Under the pieces are notes generated by a model. The model was not told where the DNA came from and did no database searches. It was given only the letters and a program-made list of their open reading frames with translations. A program made the translations under genes and the position numbers. From NCBI GenBank assembly GCA_963664875.1, contig OY761611.1:128001-192000 (forward strand): a DNA stretch of 64,000 bases. The letters are read 5' to 3'. How positions within the stretch are numbered: position 1 is the first letter of the stretch; each line of letters opens with the position of its first letter. Below, one piece after another: positions 1 through 9,556 of the stretch. The stretch is from Candidatus Kapaibacterium sp. Lineage in GTDB: Bacteria > Bacteroidota > Ignavibacteria > Kapaibacteriales > UBA2268.

Positions 1-163
1 CCATTAAGAATGCAGCTAAATAAGGTAGATTATGCCTTTTTTGGGCAGTTAGTGCGGAAATAGTATTCTTAATGCCAACTGCTCGAAATTTCCCGTTTTT
101 TGATAAGACTCTGACAGCTCTGTCTCTTTCCCTGTATAATTTTTCTAATTGCGCTTTGTCCAT
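1..163 (-). CDS. hslO: Hsp33 family redox-regulated chaperone, N-terminal part (runs off window start)
   Basis: Not in the ORF track. Manual translation from ATG at 163 gives MDKAQLEKLYRERDRAVRVLSKNGKFRAVGIKNTISALTAQKRHNLPYLAAFLM, which matches the Hsp33 N-terminal pattern (D..VR....G..RA....T......A..RH.L...A...LG). Confidence 0.75.
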   Translation of the reverse strand, partial: MDKAQLEKLYRERDRAVRVLSKNGKFRAVGIKNTISALTAQKRHNLPYLAAFLM

Positions 164-198
164 TTTGCTATTCCAATCATTTAGATTTTACCAACTTT

Positions 199-206
199 CA
201 AATATA
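199..206 (-). promoter_or_regulatory. Bacteroidota-type -7 promoter element TATATTTG upstream of hslO
   Basis: Exact TAnnTTTG match on the minus strand about 35 nt upstream of the ATG. Short motif in AT-rich DNA. Confidence 0.4.
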
Positions 207-313
207 CAAATTTTTTATCTCTAAATAATTAGCATATTATATTAAACCTTTTCTTATATTTAAGTGTCTATATTATCAAATGCTTTTTCTCTTTACCATT
301 ATGGAGCAAAATC

Positions 314-985
314 ATGTCAATATTCGAAAAAACTCTTATGATATTTGGATTTCTGATGCTTGGGCTGATTACCGCAGTTACTGCTAACAGAGCCGTAAGC
401 GATGACGATATGCAAACAAAGATTATCTTTAAGGAATTGAAAGCAAGCATCAAGGACTTGTATCAATCAAAGACAATTCCTCTCACAGAAAAAATTGTGA
501 GTGATTTGGAATCTCAGCTTTCCTCAAACGATTTAGCTGAGCTCGAATCGCTTCGCATTAGAATGAATGAACTTAAGAAGTTAAGAAAAGCTGAAAAGAA
601 AGCATTGAAGGAACAAATAGAAAAGTATGAAAAAGCGGGATTAAAGTATAATGTTGAAGAGATTCAGGACAGATACTCAAAGTATTTAGAAGAATACGAT
701 GCGACTTTACAGAAAATATCTGCCTTCGCCGATAGACATTATGCGTTGCTAAGCAAACTCCATATCAAATATCGAGATGAACTTCTAAGTTTACAAAAAA
801 ATAAGTCTCAGATTGTTGAGCTTTGGCAAAAGACTTATTCTAAAGAGCTTTGCGATGTTCCTAAGGAAGTTATAAACAAAAAGTTTGAAAAAATCGAAAA
901 AAAAGCCGGAATCTTGACTAAAGAATACATAAACACTAACTTCCCTGAGGTTTTTATAATTGCAACATCTGAGTATATTAGTTAG
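314..985 (+). CDS. Hypothetical exported helical/coiled-coil protein
   Basis: 223-aa ORF with GGAG upstream, hydrophobic N-terminal signal and a Lys/Glu-rich helical body. Confidence 0.75.
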   Translation: MSIFEKTLMIFGFLMLGLITAVTANRAVSDDDMQTKIIFKELKASIKDLYQSKTIPLTEKIVSDLESQLSSNDLAELESLRIRMNELKKLRKAEKKALKEQIEKYEKAGLKYNVEEIQDRYSKYLEEYDATLQKISAFADRHYALLSKLHIKYRDELLSLQKNKSQIVELWQKTYSKELCDVPKEVINKKFEKIEKKAGILTKEYINTNFPEVFIIATSEYIS

Positions 986-1013
986 TATCGATATAATTTG
1001 ACTAAAAAAATTG

Positions 1014-1052
1014 AGGGCAAGATGTAATTGAATATCTTGCCCTTGTTGTTTT
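1014..1052. terminator. Intrinsic terminator between convergent genes
   Basis: AGGGCAAGAT...ATCTTGCCCT stem with an A-tract upstream and T-rich sequence downstream. Confidence 0.7.
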
Positions 1053-1103
1053 AGCCCGATTCAAAGAATCAATTTAGTAGAATAAACTGCTATGACAGTT
1101 TAG

Positions 1104-1526
1104 CTACTTTTGGCTATTGACTAAATTTCCGGAATAGCTTAGATTTTGCGATTGGATAAGGCTCATAAGATTGTTTAAATCATCTTCTGTAGCTGTACCA
1201 CTTTTGAATTTTTCGGCAAAATCCTGCATATAATCAGGTATTCCCGAATTAGTTCCCGCTTCTCTTGGTGGCATGCCGCCTTGAGGCTTTTGGGGTGGTT
1301 TAAAACCTGCACCTTCCATCAATTCTTTCAAATCATCACCGGGCTTTATCCCGGCAGTTTCTAATTCTGAGCGAAGACTTTCCATGTCTTCTTTAGTCAT
1401 ATTTTCCGAATCGTAGTTAGCTATGATTTCAGAAAATTGAGCTTTTTGCTCGTCAGTCATTTTGTAGTTCACCCTTTCAGGCTGCTGCATAGGCGTGAAA
1501 CTATTAGTGCTGATACTGCTTATCAT
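1104..1526 (-). CDS. Hypothetical protein with Pro/Gly-rich linker
   Basis: 140-aa ORF with a strong GGAGG SD upstream. No recognised family. Confidence 0.75.
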   Translation of the reverse strand: MISSISTNSFTPMQQPERVNYKMTDEQKAQFSEIIANYDSENMTKEDMESLRSELETAGIKPGDDLKELMEGAGFKPPQKPQGGMPPREAGTNSGIPDYMQDFAEKFKSGTATEDDLNNLMSLIQSQNLSYSGNLVNSQK

Positions 1527-1860
1527 AAAGTTTCCTCCATGAAACTAATTTGTGAATAATCAGCAGGATATTACTGCCAAGTTTTAGACTAAGCTAAAAA
1601 GTCTAAGGTTTAATGCCTGATAAAAGAAAATTTCTTTTTTTAATAAAAATCATTTTATTAGGATGAAGTTTTTCAAGCGGAAACTACAGAGGAAGACTCT
1701 TTAGAGATAATCCAATATGATTTTTTCGAGTTATCATTTGTTTATTTCAGATTTAATTACTATATTGCATAATCTAAAGTGTGATGTGTTAGAATTAAAA
1801 TATAATTATACTAATTGCGTCTTGGTTAGAGTGTATTTTTCAAATCAACAGAGGAACATT

Positions 1861-2316
1861 ATGATTATAAAAGAGTTGTATTCACCTAACGATTTCAGTT
1901 CATACTTCAGCCGCGATGATTTTATTCACTTCTTATTTACTCATTTAGACAAATTTGGTGACCCTAAAGAAGACATTTCAAACTGTTTAGATTATGCTTT
2001 TGGTATCAATGGCGGGCAGGGTGGTTTCGCTCTTGCTGCATTGGAAGATGGCAAAATTATTGGAGCTTTGATACTCAACAAAACAGGGATGTCGGGATTT
2101 ATTCCTGAAAATATACTTGTCTATGTGGCTGTAGATGCATCTATGAGAGGGAAAGGTATTGGCAGAAAGATTTGTGAAAAATGTATCGACCTTGCAGATG
2201 GTGATGTAAAACTGCATGTCGAATATGACAATCCTGCCAAAAGACTATACGAGCGTCTTGGTTTTACTAATAAATATGCCGAAATGCGACTTAAAAAATC
2301 GGCAGAGGTAAAATAA
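1861..2316 (+). CDS. GNAT family N-acetyltransferase
   Basis: Acetyl-CoA motif VAVDASMRGKGIG and NPAKRLYERLGF. Start moved to ATG 1861 because GAGG precedes it. Confidence 0.9.
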   Translation: MIIKELYSPNDFSSYFSRDDFIHFLFTHLDKFGDPKEDISNCLDYAFGINGGQGGFALAALEDGKIIGALILNKTGMSGFIPENILVYVAVDASMRGKGIGRKICEKCIDLADGDVKLHVEYDNPAKRLYERLGFTNKYAEMRLKKSAEVK

Positions 2317-2318
2317 TA

Positions 2319-3419
2319 ATGGCTGAACTTGTAATCAAGCCTTCTAAAATTATCTCTAACATCAAAAAGATTTCCGCAGTATTAGAAAAAGAAAATATCA
2401 AATGGTCTCTTATCGCTAAGATACTTTCTGCAAATGAGGCTGTTCTAAAAGAAATAATTGAGTCTGACGCAATAAATGGTTTACATTCTATTGGAGATTC
2501 CAGACTTTCCGGGATTAAAGTAATAAAAAAAATAAATCCCTCGATAAGAACTATTTATATCAAACCACCTGCACCTAATCTTGCAAAACAAATTGTGGAA
2601 TTTTGCGATGTATCGCTTAATACGTCTCTTTTCACAATCAAAGAACTGAATGCTGCGGCAAAAGCCGCAGGAAAAGTACACCAAATTATTATAATGCTTG
2701 AGTTGGGTGAGCTTCGTGAGGGGATCTTACGTGAAAATGTTGAAAATTTTTACAAAGAAGCTTTCGATTTGAGTAATATCGAAATTATCGGAATAGGTAC
2801 CAATTTAGGTTGTCTTTATGGAGTAGAGCCTACTTACGATAAATTAGTGCAACTGTCTCTTTACAAGCAACTATTAGAAACTAAATTCGGCAAGAAAATA
2901 CCGCTTGTTTCAGGTGGTAGCTCTATTACTCTTCCATTGGTCGGCAAAAAGAAGATACCGCCTCTGGTGAACCATTTCCGAATTGGTGAAGCTGCTTTTA
3001 TGGGTACGACTCCGCTTACAGGAAAGAAATTTGCAAATCTATCGACAGATGTTTTTTCTTATGAAGCGAACATTTTGGAAATGGAAGAAAAGTCTTATGT
3101 TCCGGACGGGATAATAAGCGATGCAAATATAGGTCATTCATCGGAATATTCCGGATACAACCAAAACGACAAAACATACAAAGCTATCTTAGATTTTGGA
3201 ATAATGGATGTAGATGTTGCCGAAATTTATCCTAAAGACAGTAATATCAAATTTATTGGGACAACTTCTGACCTGACAGTTTATGACATTGGTGCTAATT
3301 TAAACCGCAGTAGCAGGTTGAAATATAAGGTAGGGAATAAGATTAACTTTTCTCTTTCCTATATGGGAGTTGCAAGGCTTATGAATACAAAGTTTGTAGA
3401 TAAAAAGATAGCTAAATAA
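2319..3419 (+). CDS. PLP-dependent alanine/ornithine racemase family enzyme (fold type III)
   Basis: Motifs GDSRL, ELGELREG, GIGTNLGC, SGGSS and NHFRIGEA. Starts 2 nt after the GNAT stop. Confidence 0.85.
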   Translation: MAELVIKPSKIISNIKKISAVLEKENIKWSLIAKILSANEAVLKEIIESDAINGLHSIGDSRLSGIKVIKKINPSIRTIYIKPPAPNLAKQIVEFCDVSLNTSLFTIKELNAAAKAAGKVHQIIIMLELGELREGILRENVENFYKEAFDLSNIEIIGIGTNLGCLYGVEPTYDKLVQLSLYKQLLETKFGKKIPLVSGGSSITLPLVGKKKIPPLVNHFRIGEAAFMGTTPLTGKKFANLSTDVFSYEANILEMEEKSYVPDGIISDANIGHSSEYSGYNQNDKTYKAILDFGIMDVDVAEIYPKDSNIKFIGTTSDLTVYDIGANLNRSSRLKYKVGNKINFSLSYMGVARLMNTKFVDKKIAK

Positions 3420-3528
3420 GGTCTTAGACTTTTGTAGGTATAAGTCACGGTGTATTACTTAAAGATATAGATTTTGCTGAAAGTATTGCCGTATAAAGCA
3501 AATTAGCTTCTATAAAAAAAGATAAAAT

Positions 3529-3570
3529 CATAGGACAAGAGAATGCTATCCCTTGTCCTATATTATTTTT
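3529..3570. terminator. Intrinsic terminator between convergent genes
   Basis: ATAGGACAAG...CTTGTCCTAT stem followed by a T-rich run. Confidence 0.65.
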
Positions 3571-3571
3571 G

Positions 3572-5785
3572 TTATGATTCAGAGCCAAAGAGTGTAAGTC
3601 TCAAACCTGCATAAATTTTTGCACCGCTTATAGGTCCCCAAACAATCGAGCTGTCAAACTCATTGCCAAACGGATTGTCAAATCCGAGTATCGGGTTAGC
3701 TTGAGTATATGAGGTCAGATTTTCTCCACCTATATATAAATCAAAATTATCAAAAGATTTGCTAATCTGTGCATTAAGTGTCAAAAAATCAGGAGAGTTA
3801 GCCTGCTCACTTAAAGTTTTTGGCAATCTGCTTTTGCCGTTGTAGGAGAGCGTTATATCAAATTCGTATCCTTTTTCACCTGTAGAATATGCAAAGTTAG
3901 CAAAAGCTTTATGGCGTTTTGAAAGAGGTTTTTCGATATATTCATTGTCAAGTCTGTACTTCACGTCATTGATTCTGTATGCAAGTATCATATCGAAACC
4001 TTTGAATAGTGCCATCGTCAAATCAACCTGAAAACTGTTAGAGTAGGCATTGTCTTTAATATTTTGGACAAATGCTTTTCCTGATACTCTATCCAAATCC
4101 ACAACAATCTGATTTTGGAATTTGGTATAATAATATTCTGCATTTAAAGTGAAGTAATACCCGAAAAGCTCAAGTTCGCCGGTGTAATGCAATCCAAAAT
4201 TGATAGCTTCTTCTGTTCTGTAATTATTTTCAAAAACGAACTCTCTGCTGCTTGCCAATAATGCAGGATACTCAGAAAAAACATGAGCTAAACGGTAACC
4301 TTTGCCGAGTGAAGCTCTGAGCGAAGAGTATTCATCTAAGTTATATTTTAGATGGACTCTTGGAGAAATAAATGTTTTATCTTCCAAATTGCTATTTACA
4401 AAGTCAGTTCTAAGTCCTGCGATAATTTGCAAATCATCATAAAGCTGTGAAGTATATTCAGCAAAGATTCCCGGAATGAGATCCTCAGTTTTGTATGCCA
4501 TATCAGACATTGTTTCATCGTAATTATCTGCAATAAAGTTTATTCCAAACTGTATTTTGTCAGGTTTATGTTCTTCGCTTGCAGCACTCAAATGGGCATC
4601 GAAAAAGATACTTGCATTGTAAGTGTTTTGTTTGGCATCGTAGTTTCTGTTTCCAAAAAATGATTCTTGATTGTGATAAGTAAAATTGTGAATCATTGCC
4701 AGACTCATGTAATTATCAGCTGCAAAAACATAACCGCCTTTATGGAACAAATCTACTTTTTCTGTCTTGATATCTATACCGTAAAGATTAGATTTGGCGT
4801 CTGAGTGGAAACCTATTTGACCGGCTTTTCTAACGTCGTAAAGTGCCTGAATACCAAACTGAGTACCAAATCCGCCATCGAAATATTTCCATCTGTTTAG
4901 GACATTGAACTGTTTAGTAAGTGGCATATCCAAGAACGAATCAGAATTATGGTCTTTTTCCATATTTGAGTAATTAGCATGCAGGAAAAGAGCTGTGCTG
5001 AGCTTGTCGGTCAGCTTACCTGCGCCTATCAAATTGCCTTCCATCATCCCAAAATTATTATAATAATAATTTGCAAAAACAGGAGGGGAGTTGTCCGGTT
5101 TTTTAAATTCCACGTTGATTTGTCCTGTAATAGATTCAAAGCCCGTGGCAACTGTGGAGGCTCCTTTGGAAATTTGGATACTTTCCATCCATGACCCCGG
5201 GGCATAGTTAAGGCCAAAAGTGCTTGCTAAGCCACGTACACTTGGTACTTTTTCAATCATTATTTGAGTGTATTTGCCAGCCAGTCCCAGTAATTCTATC
5301 TGCTTAGCACCTGTTACTGCATCGGTCTGGTGTACATCAACAGAAGCATTAGTTTCAAAACTTTCTGCAAGGTTGCAGCAAGCTGCTTTTGTAAGCCCAT
5401 GACTGGTAATTGTTTCGCTGTGGGCTATTGAACTTTTATTTATTTGGTTTGCATTTTCTTTGGCTGTAACAACTACAGTGCTCATCTGGGAGTTTTGAAT
5501 CAACATAATATCAAGTTGTTTCATTCCCTTAGGTATGAAAATTTCCTGCTTGTCGTAGCCTACGTAGCTAACCATTAGCGTGTCGCTTTCAGCAGTTCTT
5601 TTGATAATAAAATTGCCTTTGGTGTCTGACTTTGTTCCGATAGAGGTACCTTTCCATTGGAGGTTTGCACTTATTAGAGTGTTAATTTCTCCGATGCTGT
5701 TTTTTCCTGTTACAGAACCTTTCAAATCGGCAGATAATGCTTCCATGGCACACATAGCCATAAGCAATAATATGATTTTAAACAT
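3572..5785 (-). CDS. TonB-dependent outer membrane receptor (AACCNL plug subfamily, probably metal-related)
   Basis: Signal peptide, CarboxypepD_reg-like N-domain (VSYVGY), plug motif KAACCNLAESF, SIQISKG, and barrel end YAGLRL. Confidence 0.9.
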   Translation of the reverse strand: MFKIILLLMAMCAMEALSADLKGSVTGKNSIGEINTLISANLQWKGTSIGTKSDTKGNFIIKRTAESDTLMVSYVGYDKQEIFIPKGMKQLDIMLIQNSQMSTVVVTAKENANQINKSSIAHSETITSHGLTKAACCNLAESFETNASVDVHQTDAVTGAKQIELLGLAGKYTQIMIEKVPSVRGLASTFGLNYAPGSWMESIQISKGASTVATGFESITGQINVEFKKPDNSPPVFANYYYNNFGMMEGNLIGAGKLTDKLSTALFLHANYSNMEKDHNSDSFLDMPLTKQFNVLNRWKYFDGGFGTQFGIQALYDVRKAGQIGFHSDAKSNLYGIDIKTEKVDLFHKGGYVFAADNYMSLAMIHNFTYHNQESFFGNRNYDAKQNTYNASIFFDAHLSAASEEHKPDKIQFGINFIADNYDETMSDMAYKTEDLIPGIFAEYTSQLYDDLQIIAGLRTDFVNSNLEDKTFISPRVHLKYNLDEYSSLRASLGKGYRLAHVFSEYPALLASSREFVFENNYRTEEAINFGLHYTGELELFGYYFTLNAEYYYTKFQNQIVVDLDRVSGKAFVQNIKDNAYSNSFQVDLTMALFKGFDMILAYRINDVKYRLDNEYIEKPLSKRHKAFANFAYSTGEKGYEFDITLSYNGKSRLPKTLSEQANSPDFLTLNAQISKSFDNFDLYIGGENLTSYTQANPILGFDNPFGNEFDSSIVWGPISGAKIYAGLRLTLFGSES

Positions 5786-5843
5786 AGTAATCTCTCTAAT
5801 TAAAATAATGAAACATACTTACTGATTTTTTCTATTGAAAAAA

Positions 5844-6326
5844 TTAGCAGTAATAATAATCATCGTCATTAGAGATATTTCTTTTGGAAAGCAATTCTAA
5901 GATATTTAGAATTTTGGGTGGTGGTATATTTGTCTGAGATGTTTTTGCCAAACTTTCCTGACGTATAGAGACCAAATACTCGCTGTTATTAGCTTCTCGA
6001 ACAAAATAAACAGGAGCAGTAAATAAAGGTAACGAAGCAGAAATCTGCAAGACCAAATCGTTGTCAATAGTTATTAGATTAGTCCTACAACATTTATCTT
6101 TGTCTTCAGTTTGTTCCTCTGATTCAATAGCACAACATGATTTTTTTTCTGATTGTATTTCGCATTTAGAACCGCAACAATCAGATGAACACTCATGTTT
6201 TTTTAAAGATATTTCGAAGTTGTTGCTGTTGCTGCAAATATTAGTGTATGCAAAGAAGTGCATATTGGAAGCAATAAGTGCTACCATAAGTATAGAAGTA
6301 AGTAATATGTTATGCAATCTTTCCAT
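5844..6326 (-). CDS. Cys-rich hypothetical protein (HYC_CC_PP-like)
   Basis: Signal-like N-terminus, several CC pairs and a PPP near the C-terminus. Lies immediately upstream of the TonB receptor. Confidence 0.65.
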   Translation of the reverse strand: MERLHNILLTSILMVALIASNMHFFAYTNICSNSNNFEISLKKHECSSDCCGSKCEIQSEKKSCCAIESEEQTEDKDKCCRTNLITIDNDLVLQISASLPLFTAPVYFVREANNSEYLVSIRQESLAKTSQTNIPPPKILNILELLSKRNISNDDDYYYC

Positions 6327-6492
6327 ACAGGAATATACGAAGAAAAATTCAATATGTTTTTAGAAAATTGATGTATCGGGAACTTTGAATATCGAGCAAT
6401 CTCCATTTTCACTTGAAAAAGATTAATTGTTAAAGTAGTTCATTTTAGATTAGTTGCATGGAGCATTTTTTACATATAAAGAAACAAAAAAC

Positions 6493-7860
6493 ATGACTAT
6501 CCAAGGCAGATTAGGTACGCTTATAACGATATGTTTCAGCTCTTTTATTTTCCCGTTTATGGTTTCTGCTCTTGCAGTTGCTTTGCCTCATATCGGTTCA
6601 GATTTTGGAATTAGTCCCGGTGATCTTGGATTAGTGGAAACAAGTTATCTGATTGGTTCATTTCTCATGTTGATACCAATCGGAAAAATTGCTGATAAGG
6701 TAGGCCTTGGAAGGATTTTTGTGCTTGGCGTTGGGACAAATATACTTTTCATGATAGGAGTCGGATTAGCACCAACATACGAGATATTGTTAATCAGCAG
6801 ATTTTTTCAGGGTATTAGTATGTCATTGCCGATAGCAACTGGTAATGCAATACTTACAAATAGCTTTCCTGGGTCGGAGCGAGGAAAAGTCTTGGGCTAT
6901 AATATCGCATCTGTTTACATTGGATTATCGATTGGGCCGTATTTCGGTGGATTGATTGTTGAGCTTCTTTCATGGCATTATATACTCTTTATCTTGAGCG
7001 GAGTAAGTCTTTTTGCTTTTACTTTAGCTTATAAAAATCTTGATTTTTCAAAGAAAGGCGAAATAAGAGACCTTGATTTGAAGACAGCGTTTATTTTTTC
7101 TGCCTCTATTTTGCTTTCTTGGCTTGGGGTTACTCTTTACAAATATTCTGTTTTTTATATCTTGCTGTCTGTGCTGGGAATCATAACACTGATAGCAATA
7201 CTAAAAAATCAGTATAAAAGCGAAAAATCGATAATAGATATAAAGCTGTTCCTTTCCAATAAAGCATTTAGAGACGGCAATATAGTCAATTATATAAATT
7301 ATGCTTCATCTATCGCAGTTACTTATCTTTTTAGTCTCTACCTCCAATATGTTAGAGGCTATGATGCACATGCAGCAGGCTTAGTGCTAATAGCTCAGCC
7401 AATCATGCAGGCTGTGTTTACTCCGATTACCGGCAGACTTTCTGATAAAATAAGTCCTTCTATACTGGTGCTACTCGGAATGATTTCATCTATGATAGGC
7501 ATTTTTATTTCAATTACCCTTACGAATGATTCGAATGTAGCATTGATTTATAGTCTTTTGGTATTCTTTGGTTTAGGATATGCACTATTTTCTTCAGCCA
7601 ACACCAACCAGATGATGTCTAGCGTGGAGCGTCACCAGACAGGAGTTGCATCAAGTATAATAGGAGCCTTGAGGACATTAGGAATGCTAACTAGTATTTC
7701 AATAGCTTCCAGTGCATTCAATTATTTTGTAGGAACTCAAAAGATGAGTGCAGCTTTGACAGATAATTTCCTTGCAGGCATGAGAGTTTCCTTTGTGATA
7801 TTTCTCTTTATCAATATGGTGGGGGTTTTCATAGCCTATAGATTGTTTAAAAATAGATAA
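6493..7860 (+). CDS. MFS transporter (DHA2/EmrB-QacA-like)
   Basis: About 14 hydrophobic segments, with motif A GKIADKVG and GRLSDKI. Confidence 0.9.
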   Translation: MTIQGRLGTLITICFSSFIFPFMVSALAVALPHIGSDFGISPGDLGLVETSYLIGSFLMLIPIGKIADKVGLGRIFVLGVGTNILFMIGVGLAPTYEILLISRFFQGISMSLPIATGNAILTNSFPGSERGKVLGYNIASVYIGLSIGPYFGGLIVELLSWHYILFILSGVSLFAFTLAYKNLDFSKKGEIRDLDLKTAFIFSASILLSWLGVTLYKYSVFYILLSVLGIITLIAILKNQYKSEKSIIDIKLFLSNKAFRDGNIVNYINYASSIAVTYLFSLYLQYVRGYDAHAAGLVLIAQPIMQAVFTPITGRLSDKISPSILVLLGMISSMIGIFISITLTNDSNVALIYSLLVFFGLGYALFSSANTNQMMSSVERHQTGVASSIIGALRTLGMLTSISIASSAFNYFVGTQKMSAALTDNFLAGMRVSFVIFLFINMVGVFIAYRLFKNR

Positions 7861-7941
7861 GTAGCAGGTTTTGACTCGATTAAGCGAATAGTTTTATTCT
7901 CAGTTGAAAAGCAAAAACAGGCACAAAGCTTCAGTGAGTAT

Positions 7942-7974
7942 AAAAAGACAAACGCTCTGCAAAAAGCAGAGCGT
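7942..7974 (-). terminator. Intrinsic terminator after bS22
   Basis: ACGCTCTGC-AAAAA-GCAGAGCGT stem, with a T-run on the minus strand. Confidence 0.7.
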
Positions 7975-7992
7975 CTGTTGGAAAAAAGTCAA

Positions 7993-8085
7993 TTATTTAC
8001 GTTTTTTATGACGATTTTTACGAAGTCTTTTTTTCCTTTTGTGTGTAGCCATTTTATGGCGTTTTCTTTTTTTACCGCAAGGCAT
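7993..8085 (-). CDS. 30S ribosomal protein bS22 (AURKAIP1/COX24 domain), 30 aa
   Basis: Missed by the ORF track. Translates as MPCGKKRKRHKMATHKRKKRLRKNRHKKRK*. AAGGAG SD upstream and terminator downstream. Confidence 0.9.
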   Translation of the reverse strand: MPCGKKRKRHKMATHKRKKRLRKNRHKKRK

Positions 8086-8198
8086 AACTTCTTCCTTCTT
8101 TAAATCAACTTGTTATATCGATAAATTCTTTAATTTGCCAACTGAGTAGGCTACCAATATAAAAAAACTTTTTTAGAAAAAAAAATATGTTTTAGAAA

Positions 8199-8513
8199 TT
8201 AGTCGAGAGACTCACCATTATTATTTTTAGTCTGCATTTCCGAATCCACTCTTTTAGCGAAATCAGGAGATGGTTTAAAAATAGGAACATATCTTTTTTC
8301 TAACTGTACTTCTTCTCCGGTTTTTGGGTTTCGAGCTTTTCGAGGTTTGCGGCTTTTGTATTGAAATACTCCAAAACCGCGAAGTTCGATTCTATGACCT
8401 TGGGCGATAGAAGCTTTTATGCTTTCAAAAACGCCTTCGACAACTTCTTTAGTATCTCTTTTCGTTAAACCGGTAGCCTTGGCGATTTCGTCAACAATGT
8501 CTGCTTTTGTCAT
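8199..8513 (-). CDS. HU/IHF family DNA-binding protein
   Basis: MTKADIV...IELRGFGVF...ARNPKTGE...FKPS. Confidence 0.95.
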   Translation of the reverse strand: MTKADIVDEIAKATGLTKRDTKEVVEGVFESIKASIAQGHRIELRGFGVFQYKSRKPRKARNPKTGEEVQLEKRYVPIFKPSPDFAKRVDSEMQTKNNNGESLD

Positions 8514-8719
8514 AATTTTCCCAGCAATATTTATTGAAACACTAATCTATTTTGCAAATGCATAAAGGAAAACAAATTTACGAAAACTGCTTTCTAAAAA
8601 AAAATAATTTCGTGTATTGAACAAGTTTTAATTCCAAACGTATAGTTTATTTGAAATTTTGTGCTAAATAAGGTAATTTAGTACTTTGCAAAAAAGGACA
8701 ATTTCCTTAGGAGTAAAAT

Positions 8720-9556
8720 ATGGACTGGAAATCTCAGTTAGATGCCAATGAAAGCGGTATCCAAAAGGATATTGTTGAAAAAGGAAAGATGCCCAAGCAT
8801 ATTGCTATTATCATGGATGGTAATGGCAGGTGGGCTCAGGAAAGAAATCAATCCAGAATCAATGGTCATAGAGAAGGTATAGAATCTGTTCGCGATATAG
8901 TAAAAGTTTCTTCGCAGTTGGGCATAGAATACTTAACTTTGTATGCCTTTTCTATAGAAAACTGGAAAAGACCCATTACGGAAGTTGGCGGACTGATGAA
9001 ACTATTAGAGCATTACCTAAAAGCAGAGCTCGATGAGTTACACGAAAATAATGTAAGATTGAAATCAATCGGAAAAATGAGTTCGCTGCCAAAGGTTGTG
9101 CAGAAACTTTTGCAAAATGCTCAGGAAAAAACTAAAGACAATACCGGACTTACATTGACCTTAGCTCTTAGCTATAGTGGAAGATGGGATATCGTAAGAG
9201 CCGTACAGATGATTGCTCTCGATGTCAGAAGCGGCAAAGTCTCTCCGGAAGATATCTCAGAAGAAACATTTTCTGATTATTTGCAGACTAAGGAACTTCC
9301 GGATCCTGACTTACTAATTCGCACAAGCGGAGAAATGAGACTTAGCAATTTCCTTTTATGGGAAATGGCTTACGGCGAAATCTATATCAAAGATAAGTTT
9401 TGGCCTGAATTCAGAAGAGAAGATTTGTATGAAGCTCTCTATAATTTCCAAAACAGAGAAAGAAGATTTGGTAAAACTTCTTCACAGCTTCAAAATGAAA
9501 ATGAGGAAACAGAATCATATATCAAACGGGTTGTTAATGTATTTAAAAAATCATAA
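8720..9556 (+). CDS. uppS: Undecaprenyl diphosphate synthase (isoprenyl transferase)
   Basis: HIAIIMDGNGRWA, YAFSIENWKR, DLLIRTSGEMRLSNFLLW, RERRFG. Confidence 0.97.
   Translation: MDWKSQLDANESGIQKDIVEKGKMPKHIAIIMDGNGRWAQERNQSRINGHREGIESVRDIVKVSSQLGIEYLTLYAFSIENWKRPITEVGGLMKLLEHYLKAELDELHENNVRLKSIGKMSSLPKVVQKLLQNAQEKTKDNTGLTLTLALSYSGRWDIVRAVQMIALDVRSGKVSPEDISEETFSDYLQTKELPDPDLLIRTSGEMRLSNFLLWEMAYGEIYIKDKFWPEFRREDLYEALYNFQNRERRFGKTSSQLQNENEETESYIKRVVNVFKKS

Noticed and set aside
1550-1600. Sigma-28 promoter (TAAA...GCTGATTA) upstream of 1526
   Set aside because: The spacer is about 18 nt rather than 15, and the -10 box has mismatches.
9429-9536. Extended N-terminus of BamA, and similar upstream extensions in the ORF track (1717, 6454, 21590, 25672, 33931, 37124, 60662)
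   Set aside because: Downstream ATGs give better SDs or signal peptides and avoid long overlaps.
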